Below, in pieces: positions 11,107-20,968 of a DNA stretch of 64,000 nt. A program made the translations under genes and the position numbers. Where the stretch lies: positions 80,500 to 144,499 of the forward strand of contig CAWIIE010000007.1 of assembly GCA_963836025.1 (NCBI GenBank), in the 5' to 3' direction. The notes under the pieces are model-generated. The model ran no database searches, was not told where the DNA came from, and saw only the letters and a list, made by a program, of their open reading frames with translations. Every line of letters starts with the position of its first letter. The stretch's first letter is position 1. Origin of the DNA: an uncultured Actinomycetota bacterium (GTDB lineage Bacteria; Actinomycetota; Actinomycetes; JBEVHX01).

Positions 11107-11660
11107 CAGCACAGTGACACCGCCAGGGCGAGGTCGTCGCGCAGCGCGGCCCGCGGCGCCCCGTTCGGGCCGAACCGCAGGGCCGCCGACGGGTGATACG
11201 TCGCGATGACCTGGCGACCATCGATGTGGTGGACCACGCCGCGCAGCGCGGTGATCCGCGAGCTGCGGCCGAAGAACCAGGCGACCGCTGTCGAGCCCAT
11301 CGCCACTACGACCTGCGGCGCCGAGCGGTTCAGCTGCTGGTCGAGCCACGGCCGGCAGTTCTCGACCTCGGCGCGGCTCGGCGCCCGGTTCTGCGGTGGC
11401 CGGCACTTGACCACGTTGGCCACGGCCACCTGCGGTCGCGGCATACCGACCTCAAGGAGCAGGGAGTCGAGCAGCGCACCGGAGCGTCCGACGAACGGCC
11501 GACCCGCGAGATCCTCCTGCGCGCCGGGGCCCTCGCCGACCAGCAGCAACGTGGCACCGGCCGGGAAGTCACCGGGCACCGTGAGCGTGCGCGACTCGAC
11601 CAAGGCGGGACACCGGGTACAGACCGCGATCGAGCAGGCCAGGTCGTCGAGCGCGGTCAC
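11097..11660 (-). CDS. Uracil-DNA glycosylase, family 4
   Basis: CTRCPALVESRT...LLLVGEGPGAQEDLAGRPFVGRSGALLD...VANVVKCRPPQNR...HPSAALR, 187 aa. Confidence 0.9.
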   Translation of the reverse strand: MTALDDLACSIAVCTRCPALVESRTLTVPGDFPAGATLLLVGEGPGAQEDLAGRPFVGRSGALLDSLLLEVGMPRPQVAVANVVKCRPPQNRAPSRAEVENCRPWLDQQLNRSAPQVVVAMGSTAVAWFFGRSSRITALRGVVHHIDGRQVIATYHPSAALRFGPNGAPRAALRDDLALAVSLCCRS

Positions 11661-12721
11661 GCGCCTGCCCGCAGACGCAGCAGCTTCACGGATCGCTCGA
11701 GCAGATCCCGCAGCGCGGCGTTCACGTCGACCGCGCGCTCGAGGATGAGCATGTGGCCGGTGTTGGGCAGCTCAATGAGCTCGGCGTTCGGCAGCACGCG
11801 CGCGATGGTCCGGCTGTGATCCGGTGGCGTGATGAGGTCGTTCGCGCCGACCATGACCAGCGTCTCGCAGTCCTGGAACGCAGCCAGGGCGCCTTGAGCG
11901 TCGTGCATCGCGAACGTCGGCAAGTACTGCGCGACGATGTCGATCGGCGTCGCGGCAAGCATCTCGGAGGTGAAGTCGACCAACGACGGTGAGACCGGCG
12001 AGGCGAACGAGTACATCCGGGTGAGGATGAAGCCGAGATCGCTGCCCGATCGGCGGCTGCGCTCGACCAGCGTTGGTGAGCGCGACAGGGTCGCGATGAC
12101 GCCGGGGAGCGCGCGATGGCCGAGCCGGGCTACCGGCTTCGGCACACCGAAACCCACCGCGTTCATGTCGCCGGACGACGTCGCGAGCAACGCCGCGCCG
12201 ACCACTCGGTCGGTGAACGCCTTCTCATGCTGCTGCGCGTACGACATGACGGTCATGCCGCCCATGCTGTGCCCGATGAGCACCAACGGCCCGTCGGGGA
12301 CAACGGCGTCGATCACCGCCGCCAGGTCGTTGCCGATGCGCTCGATGGTGTGGGTGCCGTCCTCGCCGCGGCCGGAACGGCCGTGACCGCGGAGATCCCA
12401 GTACACGCAGCGCGCGACGCCACTCAGGTTGCGGCGCTGGAACCACCAGCCGTCCAGGTTCAGCGCATAGCCGTGGCAGAACACCACGGTGAGATCACGG
12501 TATGCGGCCCCCGGCCGTGGCTCGTCGACCTCGACCCACAGCTCGACCCCGTCGTCGGTCGTGACGATCCGGGGTGCCGAGTGCTGGCTGCCAAACGGCT
12601 CGGACAGCTCCTGGCCCCTGACCGCGCGGCCCATCACCTTGCGCTCGGCCAGCAGACCCCCGGCGACTCCGGCCGCGGTCGCCGCGACCGCGGCGCCGAT
12701 GATGCCCCAGGGTGCCGCCAT
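11657..12721 (-). CDS. Alpha/beta-fold hydrolase
   Basis: 354 aa. VVFCHGYALN...LIGHSMGGMTV (GxSxG nucleophile elbow)...PNTGHMLILE. Confidence 0.85.
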   Translation of the reverse strand: MAAPWGIIGAAVAATAAGVAGGLLAERKVMGRAVRGQELSEPFGSQHSAPRIVTTDDGVELWVEVDEPRPGAAYRDLTVVFCHGYALNLDGWWFQRRNLSGVARCVYWDLRGHGRSGRGEDGTHTIERIGNDLAAVIDAVVPDGPLVLIGHSMGGMTVMSYAQQHEKAFTDRVVGAALLATSSGDMNAVGFGVPKPVARLGHRALPGVIATLSRSPTLVERSRRSGSDLGFILTRMYSFASPVSPSLVDFTSEMLAATPIDIVAQYLPTFAMHDAQGALAAFQDCETLVMVGANDLITPPDHSRTIARVLPNAELIELPNTGHMLILERAVDVNAALRDLLERSVKLLRLRAGA

Positions 12722-13851
12722 CAGCCGGCCTCGCCGAGGTACACGCGAGGCACGCGCGCGCCGATGCGGGTGACGATCTCGTAGCCGATGGTGCCGGTGG
12801 CCAGGGCCCAGTCCTCGGCGGTCGGCTCGCCATGCGTCCCAGGGCCGAACAGCAGCACCTCGTCACCGGCCGCCACGTCGTCGTCGCCGATGTCGAGGAC
12901 GAACTGATCCATGCAAACCCGGCCGGCGATCGTGCGCCGACGGCCGGTGGCCAGCACCGGGCCGATATTCGTGGCGTTGCGCGGGATGCCGTCGGCATAC
13001 CCGAGCGGCACCAAGCCGAGGGTGGTCTCTGCCGTCGTGACGTACTGGTGGCCGTACGAGACGCCATGTCCGGCCGGCACGCGTTTGACCGACACGAAAC
13101 GCGCCGCCAGCGTCATCGCGGGGGTCAGCCCGAGCTGTTGGGGGGTACCGACCGCGGCACCAGGTGAGACGCCGTAGACCGCGATCCCGGGCCGAACCAG
13201 GTCGAAGTGCGCCTCCGGGAGGGTCAGGGTCGCGGCGCTGTTCGCCAGATGCCGGACCTCGGGGTCCAGACCGGCGTCCTCGGCGACCACCAACGCGTCG
13301 CGGAAGGCCGCCAGTTGGCCCGCGATCGTGGGGTGCCGCGGCTCGTCCGCATACGCGAAGTGCGACCAGACGCCGGCCACGTCGACAGTCCCGTCGGCCT
13401 GCGCCTTGGCCGCGGACTGCACCAGCGCCGGCCAGTCGCCCGACGTGGCGCCGTTGCGGCCAAGTCCGGTGTCGACCTTGAGATGGACGCGGGCCGGCCG
13501 CTCGGTTGCCCGCGCGGCCGAGACCACCTCGTCGAGCGCCCAGAACGAGTTGACCGACAGGTCGATGTCGGCCCGGATCGCGTCGGCCCAGCGTTCGCCC
13601 GGGGCCGCGAGCCAGGCCAGGATGCGGCCCTCGACGCCGGCGTCCCGAAGCTCGAGCGCCTCGTCGAGGACGGCCACTCCGAGCCAGCTGGCGCCGGCGT
13701 CCCTCGCAGCGAGCGCCGACGGCAGCAGGCCGTGGCCGTAGCCCTCGGCCTTGACCACGGCCATGAGCTCCGCGGTTGGCGCGGCCGCGCGCAGCCGCTG
13801 CACGTTCGCCCGGATGGCGTCCAGGTCGATCCGGGCCTCGGCGCGAAGCAC
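12721..13851 (-). CDS. alr: Alanine racemase
   Basis: MLRAEARIDLDAIRANVQRLRAAAPTAELMAVVKAEGYGHG (PLP-lysine motif VVKAxxYGHG)...VSYGHQY, 376 aa. Confidence 0.96.
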   Translation of the reverse strand: MLRAEARIDLDAIRANVQRLRAAAPTAELMAVVKAEGYGHGLLPSALAARDAGASWLGVAVLDEALELRDAGVEGRILAWLAAPGERWADAIRADIDLSVNSFWALDEVVSAARATERPARVHLKVDTGLGRNGATSGDWPALVQSAAKAQADGTVDVAGVWSHFAYADEPRHPTIAGQLAAFRDALVVAEDAGLDPEVRHLANSAATLTLPEAHFDLVRPGIAVYGVSPGAAVGTPQQLGLTPAMTLAARFVSVKRVPAGHGVSYGHQYVTTAETTLGLVPLGYADGIPRNATNIGPVLATGRRRTIAGRVCMDQFVLDIGDDDVAAGDEVLLFGPGTHGEPTAEDWALATGTIGYEIVTRIGARVPRVYLGEAG

Positions 13852-13919
13852 CGGCAGCGGCCGGCGCTGACGACGATGGCGCTGGCGGCACCGACGGCAC
13901 GGACACGCCCCACAGTCTC

Positions 13920-15479
13920 TCAGCGATGTTGACGTTCGCCGGGTTGGTCGGGCCGACCAACCCGGCCAACGTCAACATTCGCGGAAAAGGATCGGTATGC
14001 GGCCGCGATCGCCGGGATCAGGTCGCTCGCTGAGATCGGCCCGCCGGCCGAGGCCAGCCGCGCCGCCAGACCATGCAGCCAGGCCCCAACCGACCCGGCG
14101 TCGTGCGGGTCGAGGCCGGCGGCCAGCAGCGAGCCAGTCAGGCCGGTGAGCACGTCACCGGAGCCGGCAGTGGCCAGCCACGGGCTGCCCATCGGGTTCA
14201 CCCGAGTCGGCCGACCCGGCGTGGCCACCAGCGTCGTCGAGCCCTTGAGCAGCACAGTCGCCGGGTAGCGCTCGGCGGCGAGCCGCACGTACTCGAGCCG
14301 CCGCCCCTCGACAGCGGCGCGGTCCACATCGAGCAACCTGGCCAGCTCCCCGGCGTGCGGGGTCAGCAGGGTCGGCGCCGACCGTCCGCTGAGCAGGGCC
14401 GGGTCCTGCCCGAGCAGGGTGAGCGCGTCCGCGTCGAGCACGGTCGGCAGGTCCGCGGCCAACACCTTCGCCAGCCGGTCGTGCGCCTGGTCGTCGGTGC
14501 CGATGCCCGGCCCCGCGGCCCAGGCCTGCACCCGGCCAACGGCCGTCGGGTCGCTGTCGTCCGCGCCGGCCTCGACCACCGCCTCCGGCCAGGCCCGACG
14601 CACCACGTCGGCAACGCCTGGACCGGCCGCGACCCGCACGTACCCAGCGCCGCCGTGCAGGGCCGCACCGGTGGTCAGCGCCGCGGCGCCGGGGTAGCGC
14701 GCGGAGCCAGCCAGAATGCCCACCACTCCGCGCCGGTACTTGTCGGCGTCTCGGTCGGGTTCGGGCAGCAGCGCTGCGACATCAGCGGTCTGCAGCGCCT
14801 CCGCGTCCGGCTGCTGGAGGTACGGGTCGAGACCGATATCCACGAGCACGACGTGGCCCGCGTGCTGGGCGGCCGGGTCGACCAGCAGTCCCGGCTTGAG
14901 GGCGCCGAACGTCACTGTGACGTCGGCTCGCACCGCCGGGCCGTCGACTTGGCCCGTGGTCGCGTCCACTCCGCTCGGCAGGTCGACCGCGACGACGTGT
15001 GCGGTCCTCGGCAGCTGGCTGACGACGGCTGCTGCCGGCTCGCGGAGTCCGCCCCGGCCACCGATCCCGACGATCCCGTCGATGACCAGGTCTGCGCCGG
15101 CCAGCACATCGCCAAGATCGCCGTCTCCCGAGCGAAATCGTGCGTCAGCGCGCGATTCCGCTCGGGAAACGGTGATCTTCCGCGATCCGGCCGCCGTCAG
15201 CGCGGCCATTCCCCCGGGATGCGCCTGCTCGGACAGCAGCACCGCGGTCACCGCGGCCCCTCGGCGGGCCAGCCGGGCGGCGGCATACAACGCATCGCCG
15301 CCGTTGTCGCCGGAGCCGACGAGCACCACCACCCGGGCGCCGTACACGCTGGGCAGCAGGTCGGCGCAGACCACCGCAAGCCCGGCGGCGGCCCGCTGCA
15401 TGAGCGCCCCGACTGGCAGCCGCGCCATCAGCGCGGTCTCCGCGCTGCGGACCTGCGCGACGGTGTATGCGCGCCTCAC
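13920..15479 (-). CDS. nnr: Bifunctional NAD(P)H-hydrate repair enzyme (epimerase/dehydratase)
   Basis: 519 aa. VLVGSGDNGGDALYAAARLARRG (YjeF-N) and a C-terminal carbohydrate-kinase-like half ...GSPWLATAGSGDVLTG. The last 20 codons are encoded by repeat A2. Confidence 0.9.
   Translation of the reverse strand: MRRAYTVAQVRSAETALMARLPVGALMQRAAAGLAVVCADLLPSVYGARVVVLVGSGDNGGDALYAAARLARRGAAVTAVLLSEQAHPGGMAALTAAGSRKITVSRAESRADARFRSGDGDLGDVLAGADLVIDGIVGIGGRGGLREPAAAVVSQLPRTAHVVAVDLPSGVDATTGQVDGPAVRADVTVTFGALKPGLLVDPAAQHAGHVVLVDIGLDPYLQQPDAEALQTADVAALLPEPDRDADKYRRGVVGILAGSARYPGAAALTTGAALHGGAGYVRVAAGPGVADVVRRAWPEAVVEAGADDSDPTAVGRVQAWAAGPGIGTDDQAHDRLAKVLAADLPTVLDADALTLLGQDPALLSGRSAPTLLTPHAGELARLLDVDRAAVEGRRLEYVRLAAERYPATVLLKGSTTLVATPGRPTRVNPMGSPWLATAGSGDVLTGLTGSLLAAGLDPHDAGSVGAWLHGLAARLASAGGPISASDLIPAIAAAYRSFSANVDVGRVGRPDQPGERQHR
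13923..13982. repeat. Family-A palindromic element, diverged copy A2, inside the 3' end of nnr
   Basis: GCGATGTTGACGTTCGCCGGGTTGGTCGG-G-CCGACCAACCCGGCCAACGTCAACATTCGC. It abuts the nnr stop codon (13920-13922). Confidence 0.88.
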
Positions 15480-15497
15480 GCTCGTCTCACCCGGTGC

Positions 15498-15860
15498 TCA
15501 CCCGGACTCCGCGATCACCTGCGCGACCGCAACCCCGCCGTCATGGCTCAGGCTTACGTGCCACCTGGCCGCGCCGAGCTGCTTGGCCACCGCCTCGACG
15601 GTTCCAGTCAGGTTGAGGACTGGGCGCCCGGAGGCGTCGCGGCATACCTCGCAGTCGTGCCACTCCAGACCGGCCGGCGCGCCGAGCGCCTTGGCGACCG
15701 CCTCCTTAGCCGCGAACGTCGCCGCCAGCGACCGCTCCGGCAGGGTCAGCTCGTATGCGGTGAACAGCCGCGCACGCATACGCGGGCGGCGGGCGAGCGT
15801 GACGAGGAAGCGATCAACGTCGACCACGTCGACGCCCACGCCCACGATCACGATCGCCAC
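15498..15860 (-). CDS. acpS: Holo-[acyl-carrier-protein] synthase
   Basis: [37 protein letters not shown]...[11 protein letters not shown]...[17 protein letters not shown], 120 aa from the GTG at 15860. The longer track ORF is an upstream extension. Confidence 0.9.
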   Translation of the reverse strand: MAIVIVGVGVDVVDVDRFLVTLARRPRMRARLFTAYELTLPERSLAATFAAKEAVAKALGAPAGLEWHDCEVCRDASGRPVLNLTGTVEAVAKQLGAARWHVSLSHDGGVAVAQVIAESG

Positions 15861-15882
15861 ACTATTCGCCAGACTGGGAGCC

Positions 15883-16389
15883 ATGGACGGTCCAGCACTG
15901 CGCGGCGAACGAGTGACCCTGGTCGGGCGCGCCGAGGAGCACATGGCCGACCTGCGGCGGATCCGCGGCACGCCTGAAGTGGCCGCATGGTGGCCGGCGC
16001 CCGAACCGTCATGGTCGGCAGAGGACGACCCCGAAGAGTGGCACTGGACGGTGCTCATCGACGACACGGTGATCGGCGGCGTCGACGCGTTCGAGGAGGA
16101 GGAGCCGGACTACCGCAGTGCGAACATCGACCTCTACCTCGATCCGACGGTGCACGGTCGGGGGTTCGGTGCCGAGGTCGTGCGAACAGTGGCCCGCTGG
16201 TTGTTTGACGAGCGCGGGCATCACCGGCTGACCATCGACCCCGCGGCCGACAACCAGGTAGCGATCCGCTGCTACACCAGCGTCGGGTTCAAGCCGGTGG
16301 GTGTCATGCGGCAGTACGAGCGAGACGTCGACGGCGCGGGATGGCACGACTCGCTGCTGCTGGACATGCTGCGGCCCGAGCTGACTTAA
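15883..16389 (+). CDS. GNAT-family N-acetyltransferase
   Basis: [27 protein letters not shown]...[57 protein letters not shown], 168 aa. This is the terminal in-frame part of track ORF 14716..16389. Confidence 0.88.
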   Translation: MDGPALRGERVTLVGRAEEHMADLRRIRGTPEVAAWWPAPEPSWSAEDDPEEWHWTVLIDDTVIGGVDAFEEEEPDYRSANIDLYLDPTVHGRGFGAEVVRTVARWLFDERGHHRLTIDPAADNQVAIRCYTSVGFKPVGVMRQYERDVDGAGWHDSLLLDMLRPELT

Positions 16390-16398
16390 CCTGCAGTC

Positions 16399-16836
16399 GT
16401 GGCTCACATTGCTGGGGAGTCAGGCCGGGTGCACCAGACGAAGCTCCGGTTCGGGTACACGCTGCTTCAGTTCGTGCTCATCAACCTGCTGCCGGCGCTC
16501 GTCATCGTCGGGCTGTGGCTGCTCGGGGTGTTCGAGGGTGTGCCGTGGCTTCCCTGGGTGCTGATTGCCGCCGTGCTGCTGTTCAACTTCTGGTTCGGCA
16601 CGACGCTGACGAAGGAGCACCTGATCGCGCACAACATTCGCCGACGCACGATCCCGTGGAACGACGTGAGCTACATCAAGGCGGAGACCAACCTCGGTCA
16701 ACGCACCGTTGTCGTCACCGAGGTCTCCGGCCGGCAGACCCGGCTCCGGGCTCCGACGACCGGTGCGTTCGCCTGGGACACCCGCTTCGAGCAGAAGTAC
16801 CGCGCGATCGTCGACTGGTACGAGGCGTACCGCTGA
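16399..16836 (+). CDS. Small membrane protein (two N-terminal TM helices plus a soluble C-terminal domain, possibly bacterial PH-like); function unknown
   Basis: 145 aa, GTG start. The hydrophobic segments are LLQFVLINLLPALVIVGLWLLGVF and WVLIAAVLLFNFWFG. The domain guess is weak. Confidence 0.6.
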   Translation: MAHIAGESGRVHQTKLRFGYTLLQFVLINLLPALVIVGLWLLGVFEGVPWLPWVLIAAVLLFNFWFGTTLTKEHLIAHNIRRRTIPWNDVSYIKAETNLGQRTVVVTEVSGRQTRLRAPTTGAFAWDTRFEQKYRAIVDWYEAYR

Positions 16837-16870
16837 CCCGTCCGGCTCGAGCGTCCCCTCAGTTCGCAAC

Positions 16871-16911
16871 GATGTGCCGCCGCTTCGAATAGATCGATAC
16901 GGCAGCACATC
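16871..16911. terminator. Hairpin between convergent genes (membrane protein and glmS)
   Basis: GATGTGCCGCCG-N17-CGGCAGCACATC, 11 of 12 positions complementary. The loop is AT-rich (CTTCGAATAGATCGATA). Confidence 0.5.
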
Positions 16912-16937
16912 TCGCATCCAAACGGCGCGGGCGACTG

Positions 16938-18788
16938 CTACTCGACGGTGACCGACTTCGCGAGGTTGCGCGGCTGGTCGACGTCGTGCCCCTTGGCGGT
17001 AGCGATTTCCGCCGCCAGGATCTGCAGCGGCACCGTCGCGACGAGGGGCTGCAACAACGTCGGCACAACGGGCACCTCGATTACGTGGTCCGCATACGGC
17101 GCGACGGTGGTGTCCCCCTCCTCGGCGATGACGATCGTGCGTGCGCCGCGCGCGCGGACCTCTTGGATGTTGCTCACGATCTTGTCGTGCAGCACCGAAC
17201 GCCCGCGCGGCGACGGCACGACGCAGATGACCGGCAGGTCGTCCTCGATCAGCGCGATCGGCCCGTGCTTCAGCTCACCGGCGGCGAACCCTTCGGCGTG
17301 CATGTAGGCGAGCTCCTTGAGCTTGAGGGCGCCCTCGAGCGCCACCGGGTAGCCCACGTGCCGCCCGAGGAAGAGCACCGCCTTCGCATCGGCGATCTGG
17401 CGCGCCAGCGCACGAACCGAGTCGCGCGAGTCCAGCACGACGTCGATCTTCGACGGCACGTCGGCGAGCTCGGTCAGTAGCGCACTGATCTCGTCGCCGA
17501 ACTTGGTGCCGAGCACCTGTGCGAGGTAGAGGCCCACCAGGTATGCGGCCACGATCTGGGTCAGGAACGCCTTCGTGGAGGCGACGGCGATCTCCGGTCC
17601 GGCATGGGTGTAGAGCACCGCGTCGGACTCGCGCGGAATGGTGGAGCCGTTGGTGTTGCAGATGGCCAGCACCTTGGCCTCCTGCTCGCGCGCGTGCCGC
17701 AGCGCCATCAGCGTGTCCATCGTCTCGCCGGACTGCGAGATGGCGATGACCAGCGTCTTGTTGGTCACCACCGGATCGCGGTAGCGAAACTCCGAGGCCA
17801 GCTCGACCTCGGTCGGGATCCGGGTCCAGTGCTCGATCGCATACTTGGCGATCAGGCCGACGTGGTAACTGGTGCCGCAGGCGATCACGATCACCTTGTC
17901 GACGACGCGCAAGTCCGCGTCCGTCAGCCGCATCTCATCCAGCGTGAGCCGACCATCTTCGTTGAAGCGGCCGAGCAACGTGTCGGCCACCGCACGCGGC
18001 TGCTCGTCGATCTCCTTGAGCATGAAGCTGGCGTAGCCCGACTTCTCGGCGGCCGCAGCATCCCAGGTGACCTGGAACTCCTTCGTGTCTGCCGGGGTGC
18101 CATCAAAGTTCGTCACCGTCACAGCGGCTGGCGTGAGTTCGACGACCTGGTCCTGGCCGAGCTCGATCGCGTCTCTCGTATGCGCGATGAACGCGGCCAC
18201 GTCGGAGGCGAGGAAGTTCTCACCGTCGCCGCGACCAACGACCAGCGGGCTGTTGCGCCGGGCACCGACGACCACATCGGGCTTCTTCGCGTGCACGGCG
18301 AGCAGCGTGAACGCGCCATCGAGGCGGCCGCACACCCGACGCATCGCCTCAGCCAGATCCTCTCCCGCAGGCGCGTACTCCTCAGCGAGCAGGTGTGCGA
18401 CGACCTCGGTATCGGTGTCGCTGCGCAGGCTGTGTCCTCGGGACTCGAGCTCGGCGCGCAACGACGCAAAGTTCTCGATGATGCCGTTGTGGATGACGGC
18501 GACTTCGCCGTCGTCGTCGAGGTGCGGGTGCGCGTTGCGGTCGTTGGGTGCGCCGTGCGTCGCCCATCGGGTGTGGCCGATGCCGGTGTTGGACGCCTTC
18601 ATCGGCGAGGCGGCGAGCATCCGTTCGAGGTTGACAAGCTTGCCCGCGCGCTTGCGGGTCTCCAGGTTCGCGCCGTCGACCAGCGCGACGCCGGCGGAGT
18701 CGTAGCCGCGGTACTCCAGCCGGCGCAGGCCTTCGATGACCACATCAAGCGCCTGCTGCTGTCCGACGTATCCCACGATCCCGCACAT
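16938..18788 (-). CDS. glmS: Glutamine--fructose-6-phosphate aminotransferase (isomerizing)
   Basis: MCGIVGYVGQQQALDVVIEGLRRLEYRGYDSAGVAL...LAKSVTVE, 616 aa. Confidence 0.98.
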   Translation of the reverse strand: MCGIVGYVGQQQALDVVIEGLRRLEYRGYDSAGVALVDGANLETRKRAGKLVNLERMLAASPMKASNTGIGHTRWATHGAPNDRNAHPHLDDDGEVAVIHNGIIENFASLRAELESRGHSLRSDTDTEVVAHLLAEEYAPAGEDLAEAMRRVCGRLDGAFTLLAVHAKKPDVVVGARRNSPLVVGRGDGENFLASDVAAFIAHTRDAIELGQDQVVELTPAAVTVTNFDGTPADTKEFQVTWDAAAAEKSGYASFMLKEIDEQPRAVADTLLGRFNEDGRLTLDEMRLTDADLRVVDKVIVIACGTSYHVGLIAKYAIEHWTRIPTEVELASEFRYRDPVVTNKTLVIAISQSGETMDTLMALRHAREQEAKVLAICNTNGSTIPRESDAVLYTHAGPEIAVASTKAFLTQIVAAYLVGLYLAQVLGTKFGDEISALLTELADVPSKIDVVLDSRDSVRALARQIADAKAVLFLGRHVGYPVALEGALKLKELAYMHAEGFAAGELKHGPIALIEDDLPVICVVPSPRGRSVLHDKIVSNIQEVRARGARTIVIAEEGDTTVAPYADHVIEVPVVPTLLQPLVATVPLQILAAEIATAKGHDVDQPRNLAKSVTVE

Positions 18789-18821
18789 GGCGCCCAGGGT
18801 ACGGGCCGGCCGCCCCCCGAC

Positions 18822-18866
18822 TTGTCATACGTTTCGAGCGCTCTCAGCGCACGGAACGTATGACAA
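18822..18866. terminator. Strong hairpin with AT-rich arms immediately after the glmM stop and upstream of glmS
   Basis: TTGTCATACGTTTCG-N15-CGGAACGTATGACAA, 14 of 15 positions complementary. The loop contains a second small palindrome, GCGCTCTCAGCGC. It could be a terminator and/or an operator. Confidence 0.5.
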
Positions 18867-18867
18867 C

Positions 18868-20223
18868 TCAGCCGAGCTCGGCGCGCACGACGTCGGCGAG
18901 CTCGTCGGCGACCGCCTGGGCCTCGTCGTGCGACGCTGCCTCCACCATCACCCGCACGAGCGGCTCGGTCCCCGACGGACGCAGCAGCACTCGGCCGGTC
19001 GCACCCAGCCGAGCCTCGGCCGACCCGACGGCGTCCTGCACCGCGGTCGCGTCCGCGAGCCTGGACCGGTCCACACCCGTGACGTTGATCAGCACCTGCG
19101 GGAACCGCGTCATGACCCCGGCCAGGTCCGCGAGCGACCGCCCCGACGCCGCGACCCGGGCGAGCAGGTGCAGCGCGGTCAGCGTCCCGTCCCCGGTGGT
19201 CGCATGCTCGGCCAGGATGACGTGACCCGACTGCTCCCCACCGAGGTTGAAGCCGCCTTCAGTCATCGCTTCGAGCACGTACCGGTCGCCCACCGCGGTC
19301 TCGACGACCTTCAGCCCCGCATCGTCGAGCGCCCGCTTGAAGCCGAGGTTCGACATGACGGTGGAGACCACGGTGTCGTGCGCCAACCGACCGTCGTGAT
19401 GCAGCGCGGTAGCCAGGATCGCGAGGATCTGGTCACCATCAACCTCCGCACCGGCGTGGTCGACCGCGAGGCACCGGTCGGCGTCCCCGTCGTGCGCGAT
19501 GCCCGCGTCGGCCGAGTTCGCCAGCACGGCGGCGCGCAGCACGTCGAGATGGGTCGAGCCGATGCCGTCGTTGATGTTCAACCCGTTCGGCTCGCAGCCG
19601 ACCTCGATCACGTTCGCGCCCGCGGCGCGCAGTGCGGCGGGCGACACGTGGTATGCGGCGCCGTGCGCGGCGTCGACGACGACGGTCAAGCCGTCCAGCC
19701 TCGACGGCAACGTCGACAGCAGGTGCTCGACGTACACCCGGCCGCCCTCGGCATACGGGGTGATCCGTCCGACCCGGGCGCCGATCGGCCGCTGCCACGG
19801 CTCGCGCATCCGGGCCTCGATCGCGTCCTCGAGCGCGTCGGCGAGCTTGACCCCGCCGCGCGCGAAGAACTTGATGCCGTTGTCCGGCATCGGGTTGTGG
19901 GATGCCGAGAGCATCACTCCGAGATCCGCGTCCAGGTGGTCGACCAGGTATGCGACCGCTGGCGTTGGCAGCACGCCGACGTCGAGAACGTCGACACCCG
20001 CAGACGCCAGCCCGGCGACCACCGCCGCCGACAGGAACTCACCCGATGCGCGCGTGTCCCGGCCGACAACCGCGAGCGCGCGACCGGAGCCCTCGTGCTC
20101 GTGCAGTTCGCCGACGTCGCCCAGGACGTGCGCCGCGGCGACCGACAGGTCCAGCGCAAGCTCCGCGGTCAGGTCGAGATTGGCCACCCCACGAACCCCG
20201 TCGGTGCCGAACAGTCGTCCCAC
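18868..20223 (-). CDS. glmM: Phosphoglucosamine mutase
   Basis: [27 protein letters not shown]...[15 protein letters not shown] (phosphoserine loop), 451 aa from the GTG at 20223. Confidence 0.96.
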   Translation of the reverse strand: MGRLFGTDGVRGVANLDLTAELALDLSVAAAHVLGDVGELHEHEGSGRALAVVGRDTRASGEFLSAAVVAGLASAGVDVLDVGVLPTPAVAYLVDHLDADLGVMLSASHNPMPDNGIKFFARGGVKLADALEDAIEARMREPWQRPIGARVGRITPYAEGGRVYVEHLLSTLPSRLDGLTVVVDAAHGAAYHVSPAALRAAGANVIEVGCEPNGLNINDGIGSTHLDVLRAAVLANSADAGIAHDGDADRCLAVDHAGAEVDGDQILAILATALHHDGRLAHDTVVSTVMSNLGFKRALDDAGLKVVETAVGDRYVLEAMTEGGFNLGGEQSGHVILAEHATTGDGTLTALHLLARVAASGRSLADLAGVMTRFPQVLINVTGVDRSRLADATAVQDAVGSAEARLGATGRVLLRPSGTEPLVRVMVEAASHDEAQAVADELADVVRAELG

Positions 20224-20278
20224 GCTGGATGTCCTCTCGACGTCGGGCGGCTGATCCACCGGCCACATAGGAACGCAC

Positions 20279-20307
20279 GATGCCCCGGAGCGTAGCCCCG
20301 GGGCATC
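20279..20307. terminator. Stem-loop downstream of rpsI
   Basis: GATGCCCCGG-N9-CCGGGGCATC, a perfect 10-bp stem lying between rpsI and glmM. Confidence 0.55.
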
Positions 20308-20435
20308 GGTGAGTAACGGCGGCCTGCTCAGCGCAGGCTCAGGTTCACCGCTTGCTGTGATCCTCGCCTGCGGCTCAGCCGCGCGCCTCGCCTCAGGCTC
20401 GAACGCTTCGCGCTCGGCTTCAGATCAGCGCAGGC

Positions 20436-20927
20436 TCACCGCTTGCTGTACTGCGGCGCCTTGCGAGCCTTCTTCAGGCCGTACTTCTTCCGCTCCTTGA
20501 CCCGAGCGTCCCGGGTGAGGAACCCGGCCCGCTTCAGCGTCGGACGGTTGCCCTCGACGTCCACCTCGTTGAGCGCCCGGGCGATGCCCGAGCCGCAGCG
20601 CGCCGGCCTGCCCCGACACACCGCCGCCGCTGATCCGGGCGATGACGTCGTAGCGGCCCTCGAGGTCAAGCGCCTTGAACGGCTCGTTGACCAGCTGCTG
20701 GTGCACCTTGTTCGGGAAGTAGGTCTCGAGCTCGCGGCCGTTCACCGTCCAGCGGCCGGTGCCGGGCACGATCCGCACCCGGGCGATGGCCTCCTTGCGA
20801 CGACCGGTGGCGCCGGCCGGCGAGGTCACGACCTCGCGCGCCGGGCGGGCTGCGGTCGAGGACTCCGAGGTGTACTCGGTGTACTCCTCGCCCTCGGTCT
20901 CAGGGTGGTGCTGGTGTCTGTGGTCAC
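20436..20927 (-). CDS. rpsI: 30S ribosomal protein S9, interrupted as assembled by two opposite 1-nt indels
   Basis: Three frame segments join to VTTDTSTT|[50 protein letters not shown]...[14 protein letters not shown]|[49 protein letters not shown]. The indels are at the G/C runs 20903-20905 and 20587-20589. Confidence 0.9.
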
Positions 20928-20968
20928 GCCACGGACTTCCTTTCGCTCTGTTGGCGGGTCGCCGTGGC

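Noticed and set aside
18789-18867. Looked for a glmS ribozyme in the glmS leader.
   Set aside because: Only 79 nt are available, dominated by one simple hairpin. Nothing resembles the nested pseudoknot core, and this RNA class is not a feature of actinobacterial glmS genes as far as I know.
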